A stretch of DNA of 64,000 nucleotides, taken from NCBI GenBank assembly GCA_041748855.1, contig JBGTCK010000051.1, forward strand, positions 8,525 to 72,524, read 5' to 3'. The DNA is from Acidimicrobiia bacterium. GTDB taxonomy: Bacteria > Actinomycetota > Acidimicrobiia > Spongiisociales > ZC4RG35. The first letter of the stretch is position 1; each line of letters opens with the position of its first letter. This document shows, in pieces, positions 1 through 9,987 of the stretch. A program made the position numbers and the translations under genes. The notes under the pieces are model-generated. The model was not told the DNA's origin, did no database searches, and was given only the letters and a program-made list of their open reading frames with translations.

Positions 1-15
1 AGTAGCGCCCGAGGT

Positions 16-510
16 TCAGCCGGAGCGGCGCTCTTCGGCGATGTCGTCCTCGACCCGCCGCAGCATCGTGAGGAATCGCTCCTTGTCGAGCTCGAAGCGG
101 GTGACATCCTCTTCTACTTCACGTGCGATCTGATCGATCGCGACAAAGAAGGAGAGCTGACCCTCCCGAAGTGCATCGAGAATCTCGCCCTCGTCAGAGC
201 TCACTCTGAAGATGGTCTGCCCATCAGTCACGAGCTTCACCTCCGAGAGGTGGTTTTCCATTCCACCCTCACGGCGGAGGTAATCCCATGCCCGGCGCAC
301 GCGCTGTAGAGACATGCCGTTGTCGAGGAGGCTGCGAACAACCCTCAAGGCAACGAGGTCTCTGAACGAATAGAGGCGCCGGACACCCGGTCGGCCCCCG
401 CTTTTCTGAACCGATGGCTTTACCAAGCCGACCCGGTCCCAATAACGCAACTGGTGGTGTGTGCAATTGGTCAGCCGACATGCCTGTTCGGCAGTGAATG
501 CCTGCTCCAC
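16..510 (-). CDS. MerR family transcriptional regulator
   Basis: 164-aa ORF. N-terminal MerR-type HTH (AEQACRLTNCTHHQLRYWDRVGLVKP ... RLYSFRDLVALRVVRSLL) with a helical C-terminal domain. Confidence 0.8.
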   Translation of the reverse strand: MEQAFTAEQACRLTNCTHHQLRYWDRVGLVKPSVQKSGGRPGVRRLYSFRDLVALRVVRSLLDNGMSLQRVRRAWDYLRREGGMENHLSEVKLVTDGQTIFRVSSDEGEILDALREGQLSFFVAIDQIAREVEEDVTRFELDKERFLTMLRRVEDDIAEERRSG

Positions 511-658
511 TCTTCCCTTCCTAAAAAACGTCGACCTGGCGCCATTGAGCCAGGTTCAAAATCTGTACCTCAGGCGATTGACTCCACCCCGGAGGAACGC
601 CATGGGGACGCAACCTTAGCCGGTTCGGCAAAGGGAGGAAGGATCGCGAAATTCGGCG

Positions 659-964
659 TCAGACGACTTGATCGGTGTCGTTCTCTCCGGCCTCGGTGGA
701 GACCAGTCGCTCGCGGAGAACGGGCACGAGAACACTCACCGAAGCGACGAGGACAGCAAATCCGACCAGTGCGAAAACGATATTCTGAGCGAAGAAGGAC
801 AAGATCACCGCAAGTCCGATCACCGCTCCGGCAGCTGCCAGGCGTACCTTCACCATCGGCGTCTTGTCGATGTTCGCGACGGCGCGTACCAGCTCCGGAT
901 CTTCCTCGTAGAACTGACGTTCTATCTCGGCGAGGATCTTTTGTTCCCGATCGTCTAGTGGCAT
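659..964 (-). CDS. DUF3040 family membrane protein
   Basis: 101-aa ORF. The N-terminus MPLDDREQKILAEIERQFYEEDPEL is typical of DUF3040 and is followed by two hydrophobic helices. Confidence 0.7.
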   Translation of the reverse strand: MPLDDREQKILAEIERQFYEEDPELVRAVANIDKTPMVKVRLAAAGAVIGLAVILSFFAQNIVFALVGFAVLVASVSVLVPVLRERLVSTEAGENDTDQVV

Positions 965-1032
965 TTGGGTGGGCTCTCGTCTTCCCTGTCTGCTCCAACT
1001 TTACACCGGGTCCGGAGTCAGTAGTCCATAGT

Positions 1033-2205
1033 TCAGTCGGACTTTTCCTGCCACCCGAGAAGACGAGCCGGCTCGACCGATGCCGGCCCGAATCGGTCCT
1101 CGACATCGCCGACGACCTTTGACACCCGACTCCATGAGTCGTCGTCGCCGAGAAGAAGCTGGGCGCCTCCGGTTTCTGTCTCGAAAGATGACCCGGCCAG
1201 GCCGAGCAGTCGCACCGGACGATCGGCAGGGACATCGGACAGCAGCTCTTTGGCGATCTTGAAAATGTCCCGGGAACCGTCGATCCCCTCAGGTCGGGTC
1301 CGTGACCTCGTCACAGTGGTGAAGTCGTCGTACCGCACCTTCAGTGAGATGGTGCGGGGCCGGGCCGATGCCTGCCGCAGCCTCATCGCGAGGCGCTGGG
1401 CATGAGCCAGGAGCGCCGACTCGACGAGATTCCTCCCTTCCAGGTCGTTGCTGTACGTCTCCTCGACAGATATCTGTTTCGTTTCCACTGCCGATTCCAC
1501 ACCGCGGGGGTCGATTCCGTTGGCGAGAGCGTGGAGATGTGCACCCTGGGAGGGTCCCAGCGCCGCAGATACTGTCGATTCCGGAAGCGCAGCCAGGTCC
1601 CCGACCGTGCCGATCCCCAGCCGCTGCAGACCGGCCAGGGTGGCCGGGCCTACCCCCCAGAGCTCCTCGACCGGCAGCGCATGGAGAAACTCCTGTTGCC
1701 CCTTCGAGTCGATGTGACGGAGACCGTCGGGTTTGGCGGCCTTTGATGCGAGCTTGGCCACGAACTTGGTCGAGGCCACGCCGACCGACGAAGGAAGCCC
1801 GATATCGGAGCGGATCTTTGCCCTGATCTCCTGGCCAACCTCCACCGGTGACTTGTAATGGTGGCGGAGACCGCCGACATCGAGGAATGCCTCGTCGAGG
1901 CTGAGGCCCTCCACCCTCGGGGTGAAGGAGTTGAACACTTCGAAGACCCGCCCGGAGAACTCACCGTATTTGCCGTGGGACGGTGAGACGACGATGAGCT
2001 CGGGGCAGAGGCGCCGGGCGACGCTCGTCGGTTGAGCCGACCTTACGCCCTTCCGCCTCGCCTCATAGGAAGCACTCGCGATCACCCCGCGGCCGCCGGT
2101 CCCTCCCACGGCCACCGGCCGGTCGCGGAGGTCCCCTCTGGACAGTCGCTCCACTTCGACGAAGAACGAGTCCATATCGACGTGCAGGATCGGTTGAGAC
2201 CACAT
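1033..2205 (-). CDS. dinB: DNA polymerase IV (Y-family)
   Basis: 390-aa ORF with ILHVDMDSFFVEVE and SLDEAFLDV motifs and Y-family polymerase architecture. Confidence 0.9.
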   Translation of the reverse strand: MWSQPILHVDMDSFFVEVERLSRGDLRDRPVAVGGTGGRGVIASASYEARRKGVRSAQPTSVARRLCPELIVVSPSHGKYGEFSGRVFEVFNSFTPRVEGLSLDEAFLDVGGLRHHYKSPVEVGQEIRAKIRSDIGLPSSVGVASTKFVAKLASKAAKPDGLRHIDSKGQQEFLHALPVEELWGVGPATLAGLQRLGIGTVGDLAALPESTVSAALGPSQGAHLHALANGIDPRGVESAVETKQISVEETYSNDLEGRNLVESALLAHAQRLAMRLRQASARPRTISLKVRYDDFTTVTRSRTRPEGIDGSRDIFKIAKELLSDVPADRPVRLLGLAGSSFETETGGAQLLLGDDDSWSRVSKVVGDVEDRFGPASVEPARLLGWQEKSD

Positions 2206-2258
2206 GTATCAGCAAAGATACCTGACGTAGCAGGCGGGACGGGCCAAACTACCGGCCA

Positions 2259-2933
2259 ATGTCAGCATTCGTTCACCTCGTCCGGCATGGAGAGGTCTCC
2301 AACCCGGACAATGTCGTCTACGGCTCCCTGCCCAACTTCGGACTTTCAACCCTGGGCATCGAACAGGCGCGCAAGGTTGGCCGTTATCTCGGGCCCCGGG
2401 CGGTGGTGGCCATATGGTCGTCACCACTGGAGCGATCCCTGAGGACAGCAGAAGAGATCGCCGCGCGTTCGGGGGTTCCCGTGCGGGTGGACGCCGACCT
2501 GACCGAGTGGAACACCATCGATCGCTGGAAGGGCCATTCGTGGCAGGACATACCAGCGAAGTTCCCCGGCGAGCTCGAGGCCTACCTCGAGCATCCGGAG
2601 TCGCTGCAGTTCGCCGATGAGACGCTTTCCGACCTCGCTGAGAGAATGGCCGAAGTCGCCCGGAGACTCGACCAGGAACACCCCCACGGCGACGTGGTCA
2701 TCGTCTCCCACCAGGATCCGATACAGGCAGCCCGGCTCCGCCTCGTCGGCTCACCGCTTTCGAATCTCCAAGAAGACAAGCCGGCTCACGGCGCAGTTGT
2801 CACTCTGCGTCCCGGGACCACCTGGGTCGAACAGACGATGTGGAGCCCCGGGGACACTCCTGGCTTCGGCGAACACGCCGACCTGAGGGCCGTGGCCACC
2901 GAGGACAATCCCGACGGGCCAACTTCGGCTTGA
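2259..2933 (+). CDS. histidine phosphatase (phosphoglycerate mutase-like) family protein
   Basis: 224-aa ORF with the N-terminal catalytic motif VHLVRHGE. Confidence 0.8.
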   Translation: MSAFVHLVRHGEVSNPDNVVYGSLPNFGLSTLGIEQARKVGRYLGPRAVVAIWSSPLERSLRTAEEIAARSGVPVRVDADLTEWNTIDRWKGHSWQDIPAKFPGELEAYLEHPESLQFADETLSDLAERMAEVARRLDQEHPHGDVVIVSHQDPIQAARLRLVGSPLSNLQEDKPAHGAVVTLRPGTTWVEQTMWSPGDTPGFGEHADLRAVATEDNPDGPTSA

Positions 2934-2958
2934 AGACCCCGGCTGCGACAATGGAGCC

Positions 2959-3699
2959 GTGAAACCGACCCTGATCGCAGCGACGCCGATGTTGGCGATT
3001 CTGATCTGGCTGGCCGCGATCATGCTCGACCCCGGGCCCTATCACTCGAGCTCCGTGCTCCTCACGGGACTCGGCTGGCTCCTCCTATCAACCGTTGCCA
3101 CCGTTGGGCTGGTGCTTGTGGGCGGGCGATGGGCCTTGCGCACACTCATAGTCGTGCTGGGGTCGACCCTCTTGGTGGGAACCGTTATTCCCCTCTCGCC
3201 CTGGAGCATGGCGGGCCTGGGAGCTACGGCGCTGGGTCTCATCCTGCTGCTGTCACCCCGTCAGCACCGACTCGTCAGAAAGCTCCCGTCGGCCGGTGGC
3301 CCGCCCGCCCGTTCGGTGCTCGTCACCCTCGCCGCACTGGGACTCCCCCTCGCCCTCGGCCTGATTCCCGCCGATGCCAACTCGTGGGTGCTCGCGATGG
3401 CGGCTAGCGGGCCCCTGGCCGCGATTCTCTACAGCCGGACAATCCCCGGCGGACTCGCCGCCATGCGCTTCGGGTTGATCGCTGCCTCGCTCGCCCTTGC
3501 CGCATTCATGCCTCTCCCCCACGCCATAGTCGCCGTGTTGGTGTCTGCGGCCATCACCGCAACCGCATGGTCGTCCGATGTCGCCGTAGCCTTCCGGCCG
3601 CTCATCGAGAAAGGCACCAGTTATGCCATCCCACCTGAGCTCACACCAAAGGAGATCCTCGACGGCGCTGGCATCGACGAGAGGGGCCAGGCTCGGTGA
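2959..3699 (+). CDS. polytopic membrane protein, function unknown
   Basis: 246-aa ORF (GTG start) that is almost entirely hydrophobic Leu/Ala/Gly-rich helices. Coding strand inferred from gene context. Confidence 0.5.
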   Translation: MKPTLIAATPMLAILIWLAAIMLDPGPYHSSSVLLTGLGWLLLSTVATVGLVLVGGRWALRTLIVVLGSTLLVGTVIPLSPWSMAGLGATALGLILLLSPRQHRLVRKLPSAGGPPARSVLVTLAALGLPLALGLIPADANSWVLAMAASGPLAAILYSRTIPGGLAAMRFGLIAASLALAAFMPLPHAIVAVLVSAAITATAWSSDVAVAFRPLIEKGTSYAIPPELTPKEILDGAGIDERGQAR

Positions 3700-3980
3700 G
3701 ACGAACCCCGAACCCGTGGATTGTCATCCCATCGCTGGCTGTCGGCCTGCTCGCTGGGCTCCTGGGTTGGTTCGTGACTGATTTGAGCTGCACGACATCG
3801 GACCCGGTCGGAGCGGTGACACACTGCTACGGCTGGGCGGCGGCGATGGCGGCAGGGGCATTCCTCGTGGTCACAGTAGGGATGGCACTGGTGCTGGTGC
3901 TCGTCTACCGCAGCCTTGGCGAGTGGCAAGAGGCTCGGACCAAGAACGAAGATCCTTCCGGCCCGGGTTGTGAGGTGTAG
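3696..3980 (+). CDS. small membrane protein, function unknown
   Basis: 94-aa ORF overlapping the upstream stop by 4 nt, with two predicted TM helices. Confidence 0.4.
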   Translation: MRRTPNPWIVIPSLAVGLLAGLLGWFVTDLSCTTSDPVGAVTHCYGWAAAMAAGAFLVVTVGMALVLVLVYRSLGEWQEARTKNEDPSGPGCEV

Positions 3981-3995
3981 GGGTTCCGGGTCTGC

Positions 3996-4241
3996 TCAGG
4001 CGTTGAGCTTGGTGTGGACCAGGTCGACTGCCTGGCCGACAGTCATGATCGACTCCGCTTCCTCATCGGGGATTTTCACCCCGAACTCGTCCTCGAGTGC
4101 CATCAGTAGCTCAACAACCCCGAGGCTGTCGACATCGAGGTCTTCTTCGAAGTGGGCATCATCGTTGATCTTCTCGGCGTCCAGACCTAACTCGGACACG
4201 AGGACACCGGTCAACTTCTCCGATACTTCGTTTCTTTCCAT
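3996..4241 (-). CDS. acpP: acyl carrier protein
   Basis: 81 aa with the phosphopantetheine attachment motif LDVDSLGVVELLMALEDEFG. Lies downstream of fabD-fabH-fabG. Confidence 0.9.
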   Translation of the reverse strand: MERNEVSEKLTGVLVSELGLDAEKINDDAHFEEDLDVDSLGVVELLMALEDEFGVKIPDEEAESIMTVGQAVDLVHTKLNA

Positions 4242-4276
4242 TTCTCGTTTCTCCTATCTATGAGTTGGGGAAGAAC

Positions 4277-5023
4277 TTACAGGGTGATCCCGCCGTCTAC
4301 CGCCAAAACCTGGCCTGTTATGTAGCTGCTTGCATCAGATGCAAGAAATCCGACTGCCTCTGCGACCTCCTCAGGTTGGCCGAAGCGACCCAGTGCAACG
4401 GCGGCAGATGCCGCTTCCTTCACGCTGTCGCCAAGTGCGTCGGTCATGTCGGTCTCGATGTATCCGGGAGCAACGACATTCGACGTGATGCCCCGGGACC
4501 CAACCTCCTTGGCGATCGACTTGGCGAAAGCAATCATCCCCGCCTTGGATGCCGCGTAGTTCGCCTGGCCGGCGTTGCCTGAAATCCCAGCAACCGAAGC
4601 TATCGAGATGATGCGGCCCCATCTTGACTTGAGCATTCCCCGGAGAGACGCCTTTGTGCAGAGAAATGCCGAGCGGAGATTGGTCTGGATCACAGAGTCG
4701 AAGTCTTCGGCGCTCATCCGGAGCAACAGATTGTCCTTGGTGATGCCAGCGTTGTTGACGAGGACATCGACTGCGCCGAGGTCGGTCGCGACCATGTCGA
4801 ACAAGGCGTCGACCTGATCTGGATCAGAAACATCGGCCTGAGCCGACATCGCCCGACCTCCCGCCGACTCGATCTGTGCCACCACGTCGGCGGCGGCGGA
4901 CGCATTCGCCGAGTAGTTGACGACGACCGCATGGCCGTCGGCGGCGAGTCGAATGGCGATCGCCCTGCCTATCCCCCTCGAGCCGCCAGTTACCAGGGCG
5001 ACCCGGGCATCGCCGCCGGTCAA
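4277..5023 (-). CDS. fabG: 3-oxoacyl-ACP reductase (SDR)
   Basis: 248 aa with the [12 protein letters not shown] cofactor motif and the catalytic YAASKAG (YxxxK), in a fab operon context. Confidence 0.85.
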   Translation of the reverse strand: MTGGDARVALVTGGSRGIGRAIAIRLAADGHAVVVNYSANASAAADVVAQIESAGGRAMSAQADVSDPDQVDALFDMVATDLGAVDVLVNNAGITKDNLLLRMSAEDFDSVIQTNLRSAFLCTKASLRGMLKSRWGRIISIASVAGISGNAGQANYAASKAGMIAFAKSIAKEVGSRGITSNVVAPGYIETDMTDALGDSVKEAASAAVALGRFGQPEEVAEAVGFLASDASSYITGQVLAVDGGITL

Positions 5024-6105
5024 GCCAACTTCTCCGGGACCCCGAAGAAGTCGAAGTTCGACTGGAGGATCTCAAGGGTGGTGCGATCGGCCGGGGGCAG
5101 TTCGGCGTCGCTTTCCTGGAGTGGCTCGACCCGGGCACCCCAGCGTACGATTGCCGAGCCCCAGGTGAGCCCGCCGCCGAATGCGGTGAAGGCAACGATG
5201 GAGCCGGGCGCGATCTGTCCCTGCTCCAGCGCCTCGGTGAGAGCAACCGGAATGGTCGCGGCCGAAGTGTTGCCGTAGGAGTGGATGTTGACGAAGACCT
5301 TGGCGGTGTCGACACCGAGCCGCCGCGCAGTGGCGTCGATGATCCTGACATTTGCCTGGTGCGGGATGAGGAGGTCGACATCCTCCAATCCGAGGCCCGA
5401 CTTCTCCAACGCTTGCAGCGAACTCTCCGCCATCTTGGTGACCGCCCGCCGGAATACCTCCTGGCCATCCATCCGAATTGCGCACTGGTCCGGCGGTCGC
5501 GGCGCCCAGTCGCCCTGGGTCCCATCTGCTGGAACCTCGAGAAACCTGCCTGCCGAGCCGTCGATGCCCAACTCCGAGCCGAGCACTCCTACGCCCTCTT
5601 CGCATGGCTCGAGGACCACAGCACCAGCGCCATCGCCGAAGAGGACACAAGTCGTGCGGTCGGTGAAATTCATCAAATGGTGGAGCTTCTCGGTGCCCAC
5701 CAAGAGGACGATCTTGTTGGTACCGCCCCGAATCATGTTGGCCCCGGTCACCAGCCCGTAGACGAATCCAGAGCAAGCCGCATTGAGGTCCATGGCTGCT
5801 GCGTTCACGGCGCCGATCTTCTCTTGGACCCGGGAAGCCGTCGAGGGAATGATCGAGTCTCCGGAGCATGTGGCCACAAGGAGGAGATCGACGTCCTGAA
5901 CCGACTTGCCGGCGGCAGCCAGGGCGCGCAAACAGGCAACAGCTGCCAGATCGGAGGCCTCGACATGGGAGATCCGTCGCTCTTTGATGCCGGTACGGGT
6001 GGTTATCCAGTCGTCGGAAGTGTCGACGATCTGTTCCAGGTCGTGGTTGGAGAGGACATTTGGGGGCATGCACTTGCCCCAGCCGGTTATCTCAGCATTC
6101 ATCAT
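5020..6105 (-). CDS. fabH: beta-ketoacyl-ACP synthase III
   Basis: 361 aa with the active-site Cys in LNAACSGF, plus HQANVRI and YGNTSAAT motifs. The C-terminal tail of about 35 aa is longer than in typical FabH. Confidence 0.85.
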   Translation of the reverse strand: MMNAEITGWGKCMPPNVLSNHDLEQIVDTSDDWITTRTGIKERRISHVEASDLAAVACLRALAAAGKSVQDVDLLLVATCSGDSIIPSTASRVQEKIGAVNAAAMDLNAACSGFVYGLVTGANMIRGGTNKIVLLVGTEKLHHLMNFTDRTTCVLFGDGAGAVVLEPCEEGVGVLGSELGIDGSAGRFLEVPADGTQGDWAPRPPDQCAIRMDGQEVFRRAVTKMAESSLQALEKSGLGLEDVDLLIPHQANVRIIDATARRLGVDTAKVFVNIHSYGNTSAATIPVALTEALEQGQIAPGSIVAFTAFGGGLTWGSAIVRWGARVEPLQESDAELPPADRTTLEILQSNFDFFGVPEKLA

Positions 6106-7043
6106 TGGTGATCCATCGTACTCAGTGACTCAACCGCTGAGTCGATGTCATCCAGCGATGAGACGGTAAACACATTTGCTTCAGGAATCGTCCGTTTCGC
6201 CAGCCCTGCTGTCACGTCCCCGGGTCCGATGTGGACGAAAGTCCCGATTCCGGATGCGGCCATATTCCGGAGCGACTCCTCGAAGCGGACGGGTGAAGTG
6301 ACCTGTTCGACCAGTTTCGCCCCGATCGAACCTGACTCGTGTGGACGTGCCGACACGTTGGAGATCACTTCGAATTCGGGCTCGGCGAAGCTGACATCGG
6401 CGGTCGCAGTCGCCAGTTCATCTGCCGCCTGTGACATGAACGAAGAGTGGAACGCCCCGGCGACGTTGAGGGTGATGACCCGCCTCACCCCGAGGTCCTT
6501 GCCATGTTCCTCGAGCCACTCGAGATCGGCGGCACTGCCGGCGACAACCACCTGGCCCGGAGCGTTCGAGTTGGCAAGCTGCAGCCTGCCCCCGCGTCCC
6601 TGGTTTTCCCTGACGACCTTTTCTGCGAGATCTACATCGGCGCCGATCAGCGCGGCCATGCCCGAGGGCTCGAGGTCAGCGGCGTTGGCCATGGTTTTCC
6701 CCCTGCCGGCGACCAAGCTCAGGGCCTGCTCGAAGCTCAGCGCTCCCGCAGCGGTCAGGGCGGTGTATTCGCCCAGGGAGTGTCCGGCGGCGGCGGCGGG
6801 AATCTTGCGCACCGCGTCCCGAAACGACAGCCACAGGGCGTAGGAGACGGCAAAGAGGGCAGGTTGGGCATGCTCGGTGCGGGTCAACTCGTCAGCAGGC
6901 CCTTCGAGACACAACGTACGCAGCGACCAGCCCAAGATCGAGTCGGCAATGTCACCCAAAAGCTCTGCGTGGGCTTCGAAGCTGTCTGCCCCCATGCCGA
7001 CCGTCTGGCTGCCCTGGCCGGGAAAGAGAATCGCGTAAGTCAC
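6102..7043 (-). CDS. fabD: malonyl-CoA:ACP transacylase
   Basis: 313 aa with an FPGQGSQ N-terminus and the GHSLGEYTAL active site. Confidence 0.9.
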   Translation of the reverse strand: MTYAILFPGQGSQTVGMGADSFEAHAELLGDIADSILGWSLRTLCLEGPADELTRTEHAQPALFAVSYALWLSFRDAVRKIPAAAAGHSLGEYTALTAAGALSFEQALSLVAGRGKTMANAADLEPSGMAALIGADVDLAEKVVRENQGRGGRLQLANSNAPGQVVVAGSAADLEWLEEHGKDLGVRRVITLNVAGAFHSSFMSQAADELATATADVSFAEPEFEVISNVSARPHESGSIGAKLVEQVTSPVRFEESLRNMAASGIGTFVHIGPGDVTAGLAKRTIPEANVFTVSSLDDIDSAVESLSTMDHQ

Positions 7044-7074
7044 TGTGGGTTCGACCTCGCCGGCCCGTCTTCGG

Positions 7075-8100
7075 TTACGAAAGGGCAGTCAGCAGACGAT
7101 CGACATCGTCGCGGTCGACGTCGCGGTGGGTGACGAGTCTCCAGCCACCGAGAATGGGCGGGTTCGCCCGCACCCCCGCACTGTCCAATCTGTCTTTGAT
7201 CTCGCTCCACGGGATCCCGATTGCCTCGATGTCGACCCGGACCATGTTGGTCTCCACATCCATTACGTCCACCGACCCGGGAAATCGCTCTGCGAGACCG
7301 GCGGCAAGGTAATCGGCTAGATCATGGTCTTCTGCCATCCGCTCTCTCCCGGCAAGTGCGACTCGGGCGGCAGCTGCGATCACCCCGGCCTGGCGCATGC
7401 CCCCGCCCAGCCTCTTCCGCAGGTAGCGGATCTCAGCTATCGAATCCCGCGGTCCGCAGACGATCGAGCCGACAGGTGCCCCCAGTCCCTTGGAGAAGCA
7501 GAACTGGATGGTGTCGGCATGTTTCGACCAGGTCGCCGCGTCGACCCCGGTGGCGGCAACCGCATTGAAGATGCGTGCGCCGTCGATATGGATCTTGAGC
7601 CCTCTCGCTGCCGCGGTTGCCGAGGTCTTTTCGAAGAGCTCATACGGGATCACCCGGCCGCCGGAGAGGTTGTGCGTGTTCTCCCAGACCATTAGGCCGA
7701 TTCGGGGGAAGAACCCCACCGCGTCCATTGCCCGGTCGACATCTTCGGGCATTATCTGGCCATTCGCATTGGAGACTGTCCGAAAGCCGACGCCGGAGAG
7801 GGCCTGGGGGGCGCCGCCCTCGATGCTCCTCACGTGGCTGGCCTCGTGCGCGAGCACCTCCTCACCGGGGTTGGTGTGGAACATGATCGCCAGCTGGTTG
7901 CCCATTGTGCCCGTCGGGACGTAGATGGCAGCTTCCTTACCTGTCACCTCTGCCGATTCCTCCTCGAGGAGGTTCACCGTGGGATCGTCGTGATAGACAT
8001 CGTCACCCAACGGGGCGTTGGCCATTGCCTCCATCATTGCCGGCGTGGGACGGGTGACCGTGTCGGATCTGAAGTCGGCGTTGCCGTCGCTAAAAGCCAT
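7075..8100 (-). CDS. ltaE: low-specificity L-threonine aldolase
   Basis: 341 aa. FRSDTVTRPTPAMMEAMANAPLGDDVYHDDPTV is typical of the beta-eliminating lyase/threonine aldolase family. Confidence 0.8.
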   Translation of the reverse strand: MAFSDGNADFRSDTVTRPTPAMMEAMANAPLGDDVYHDDPTVNLLEEESAEVTGKEAAIYVPTGTMGNQLAIMFHTNPGEEVLAHEASHVRSIEGGAPQALSGVGFRTVSNANGQIMPEDVDRAMDAVGFFPRIGLMVWENTHNLSGGRVIPYELFEKTSATAAARGLKIHIDGARIFNAVAATGVDAATWSKHADTIQFCFSKGLGAPVGSIVCGPRDSIAEIRYLRKRLGGGMRQAGVIAAAARVALAGRERMAEDHDLADYLAAGLAERFPGSVDVMDVETNMVRVDIEAIGIPWSEIKDRLDSAGVRANPPILGGWRLVTHRDVDRDDVDRLLTALS

Positions 8101-8136
8101 GGGGTTGAGGGTAGTGCAGCGCCTAGTCCCGGCTTG

Positions 8137-9309
8137 TCACAGGCGGCCGAGTGCCTTCCCGATCCGCTGCGCCGCCTCGGTGATCCGATCCGCATCTTCG
8201 ACCAGGGCAAAGCGGACATGGCCCTCACCGGCCGTGCCGAAGCCCAGCCCGGGGCTGACCGCCACCCCGGCCTTCTCCAGAAGGTAGATGGAGAAGTCGA
8301 GCGATCCCATGTCTGCGTACGCATCCGGAATCGTCGCCCAGACGAACATGGTCGCCTCGGGCGGGGGGACGGACCAGCCGATTTCATCGAGTCCACCGAT
8401 CAGGGCATCCCGCCGTTGCCGGTAGATTTCGTTGACCTCGTCGACGTACCCGTCTCCCTCATTCAGTGCTGCCGCCGCCGCGACCTGGATTGGCTGGAAG
8501 GTCCCGTAGTCGAGATAGCTCTTCAGCTTGGCCAGTGCGGCGACAATCTCAGAGTTGCCCGCCATGAAACCAACCCGCCAACCAGCCATCGAGTGGCCTT
8601 TGGTCAGCGAGTACAGCTCGACGCCAACCTCTATGGCCCCGTCGACTTCGAGCAGCGACGGCGCACGGTATCCGCCAAAGCCGATGTCGGCGTAGGCGAA
8701 GTCATGGACGACAACAACCTCCTGCTCCCTGGCGAATGCCACCAGGCGCTCGAAAAACCCGATATCGACAGTCTTGGTCGTCGGGTTGTGGGGGAAGCTG
8801 ACGATGATTACCCGTGGCCGGGGCCATGAGTTCTTAAACATCCGGTCGACTACCTCGAAGTAGTCCTCCTCCGAGCCGATCGGTGCGATACGGACCTCCG
8901 CACCGGCGATCACTGGGGCGAATATGTGGATCGGGTACGACGGGTCCGGGACGATGGCCGCGTCGCCGGGCTGGAGAAGCGTCCACATCAGATGAGAGAG
9001 CCCTTCCTTGGCGCCGATGGTGGCGATCACCTCGGTCTCGGGGTCGAGAGTGACCCCGAAACGACGATGGTACCGAGCGGCCAGGGCATTCCTGAGATCG
9101 TCGATCCCCCGCGATGCCGAGTACCGGTGGTTGCCCGGATTCAGGGCCTCTGCGCGCAGGGTTTCGACTGCGATCTCAGGGGAAGCGATATCAGGGTTGC
9201 CAAATCCGAGGTCGATCACATCGACGCCGGATTCCCTGACTTCCAGCTTGCGACGGTTTACCTCTGCAAATGCATAGGGAGGCAGCGATCCGATCCGTCT
9301 GAAGTCCAT
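8137..9309 (-). CDS. class I/II PLP-dependent aminotransferase (AlaC/DapL-like)
   Basis: 390 aa with an NPxNPTG-like FPHNPTT motif and the PLP-lysine motif SLTKGHSMAGWRVG. Confidence 0.8.
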   Translation of the reverse strand: MDFRRIGSLPPYAFAEVNRRKLEVRESGVDVIDLGFGNPDIASPEIAVETLRAEALNPGNHRYSASRGIDDLRNALAARYHRRFGVTLDPETEVIATIGAKEGLSHLMWTLLQPGDAAIVPDPSYPIHIFAPVIAGAEVRIAPIGSEEDYFEVVDRMFKNSWPRPRVIIVSFPHNPTTKTVDIGFFERLVAFAREQEVVVVHDFAYADIGFGGYRAPSLLEVDGAIEVGVELYSLTKGHSMAGWRVGFMAGNSEIVAALAKLKSYLDYGTFQPIQVAAAAALNEGDGYVDEVNEIYRQRRDALIGGLDEIGWSVPPPEATMFVWATIPDAYADMGSLDFSIYLLEKAGVAVSPGLGFGTAGEGHVRFALVEDADRITEAAQRIGKALGRL

Positions 9310-9367
9310 TGACTCTTCAATTTAGCTCCAGAGCGGGCAAATCCCGGTAGCCCGGGTCAACGGGCGC

Positions 9368-9799
9368 CTAACCATTGAGACGGTCGAAGATGCCCCTGAT
9401 CTTGGTCGGGACGAGTCCCCTCGCCAGTGAGAGGACGTCCTCGATCAGCTTGAGCAGGTCGACCGGGCCGTCCCAGTGCTCCTCGACGATCTCCGGGCCG
9501 GAACGGTTGATCAGCCCGTCGATTGCCAGCAGCAGAAAGAGGATGTCGTCGGCCCATCCGATGACAGGGATTATGTCCGGGATGAGGTCTATCGGGCTCG
9601 CGACGTAGGCCGCCGCAGCACCCAAAGCAATTTTCGAGCGACGCGGCACCCTCGGGTCGGCAAGCAGCCTCCCCACCAGCTTGACGATATTGGGAACGAT
9701 CAGAACCGTATCCTGGATCAGCTTTCGCCCCTGGACGGAGTTTCCTCCGGGCGGTACCACCTCGTCGGGACGAACCCGCTCCTGATTGTTGTAGGTCAT
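9368..9799 (-). CDS. DUF1232 (YkvA-like) membrane protein
   Basis: 143 aa with the characteristic SPIDLIPDIIPVIGWADD motif. Last gene of a 4-gene ATGA-coupled operon. Confidence 0.7.
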   Translation of the reverse strand: MTYNNQERVRPDEVVPPGGNSVQGRKLIQDTVLIVPNIVKLVGRLLADPRVPRRSKIALGAAAAYVASPIDLIPDIIPVIGWADDILFLLLAIDGLINRSGPEIVEEHWDGPVDLLKLIEDVLSLARGLVPTKIRGIFDRLNG

Positions 9800-9987
9800 T
9801 CGACTTCTATCCGTTCGGTCCCATTAGCTGACTGCTCTCCGTTCTCATTGTCACCCATTTTCCCCAATTCGTCTATCACGGCTTCGACCGCCTTTACCCC
9901 TTCGATGGCTGCCTGAATCATATGAATCAATGCCCGTTTCCCGGCACGGCCCAGAGTGGCCACCACCTCATCACGATCAGGCATCAA
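9796..9987 (-). CDS. small helical acidic protein, function unknown
   Basis: 63-aa ORF sharing 4-nt overlaps with both neighbours (translational coupling). No recognisable domain. Confidence 0.45.
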   Translation of the reverse strand: MMPDRDEVVATLGRAGKRALIHMIQAAIEGVKAVEAVIDELGKMGDNENGEQSANGTERIEVE

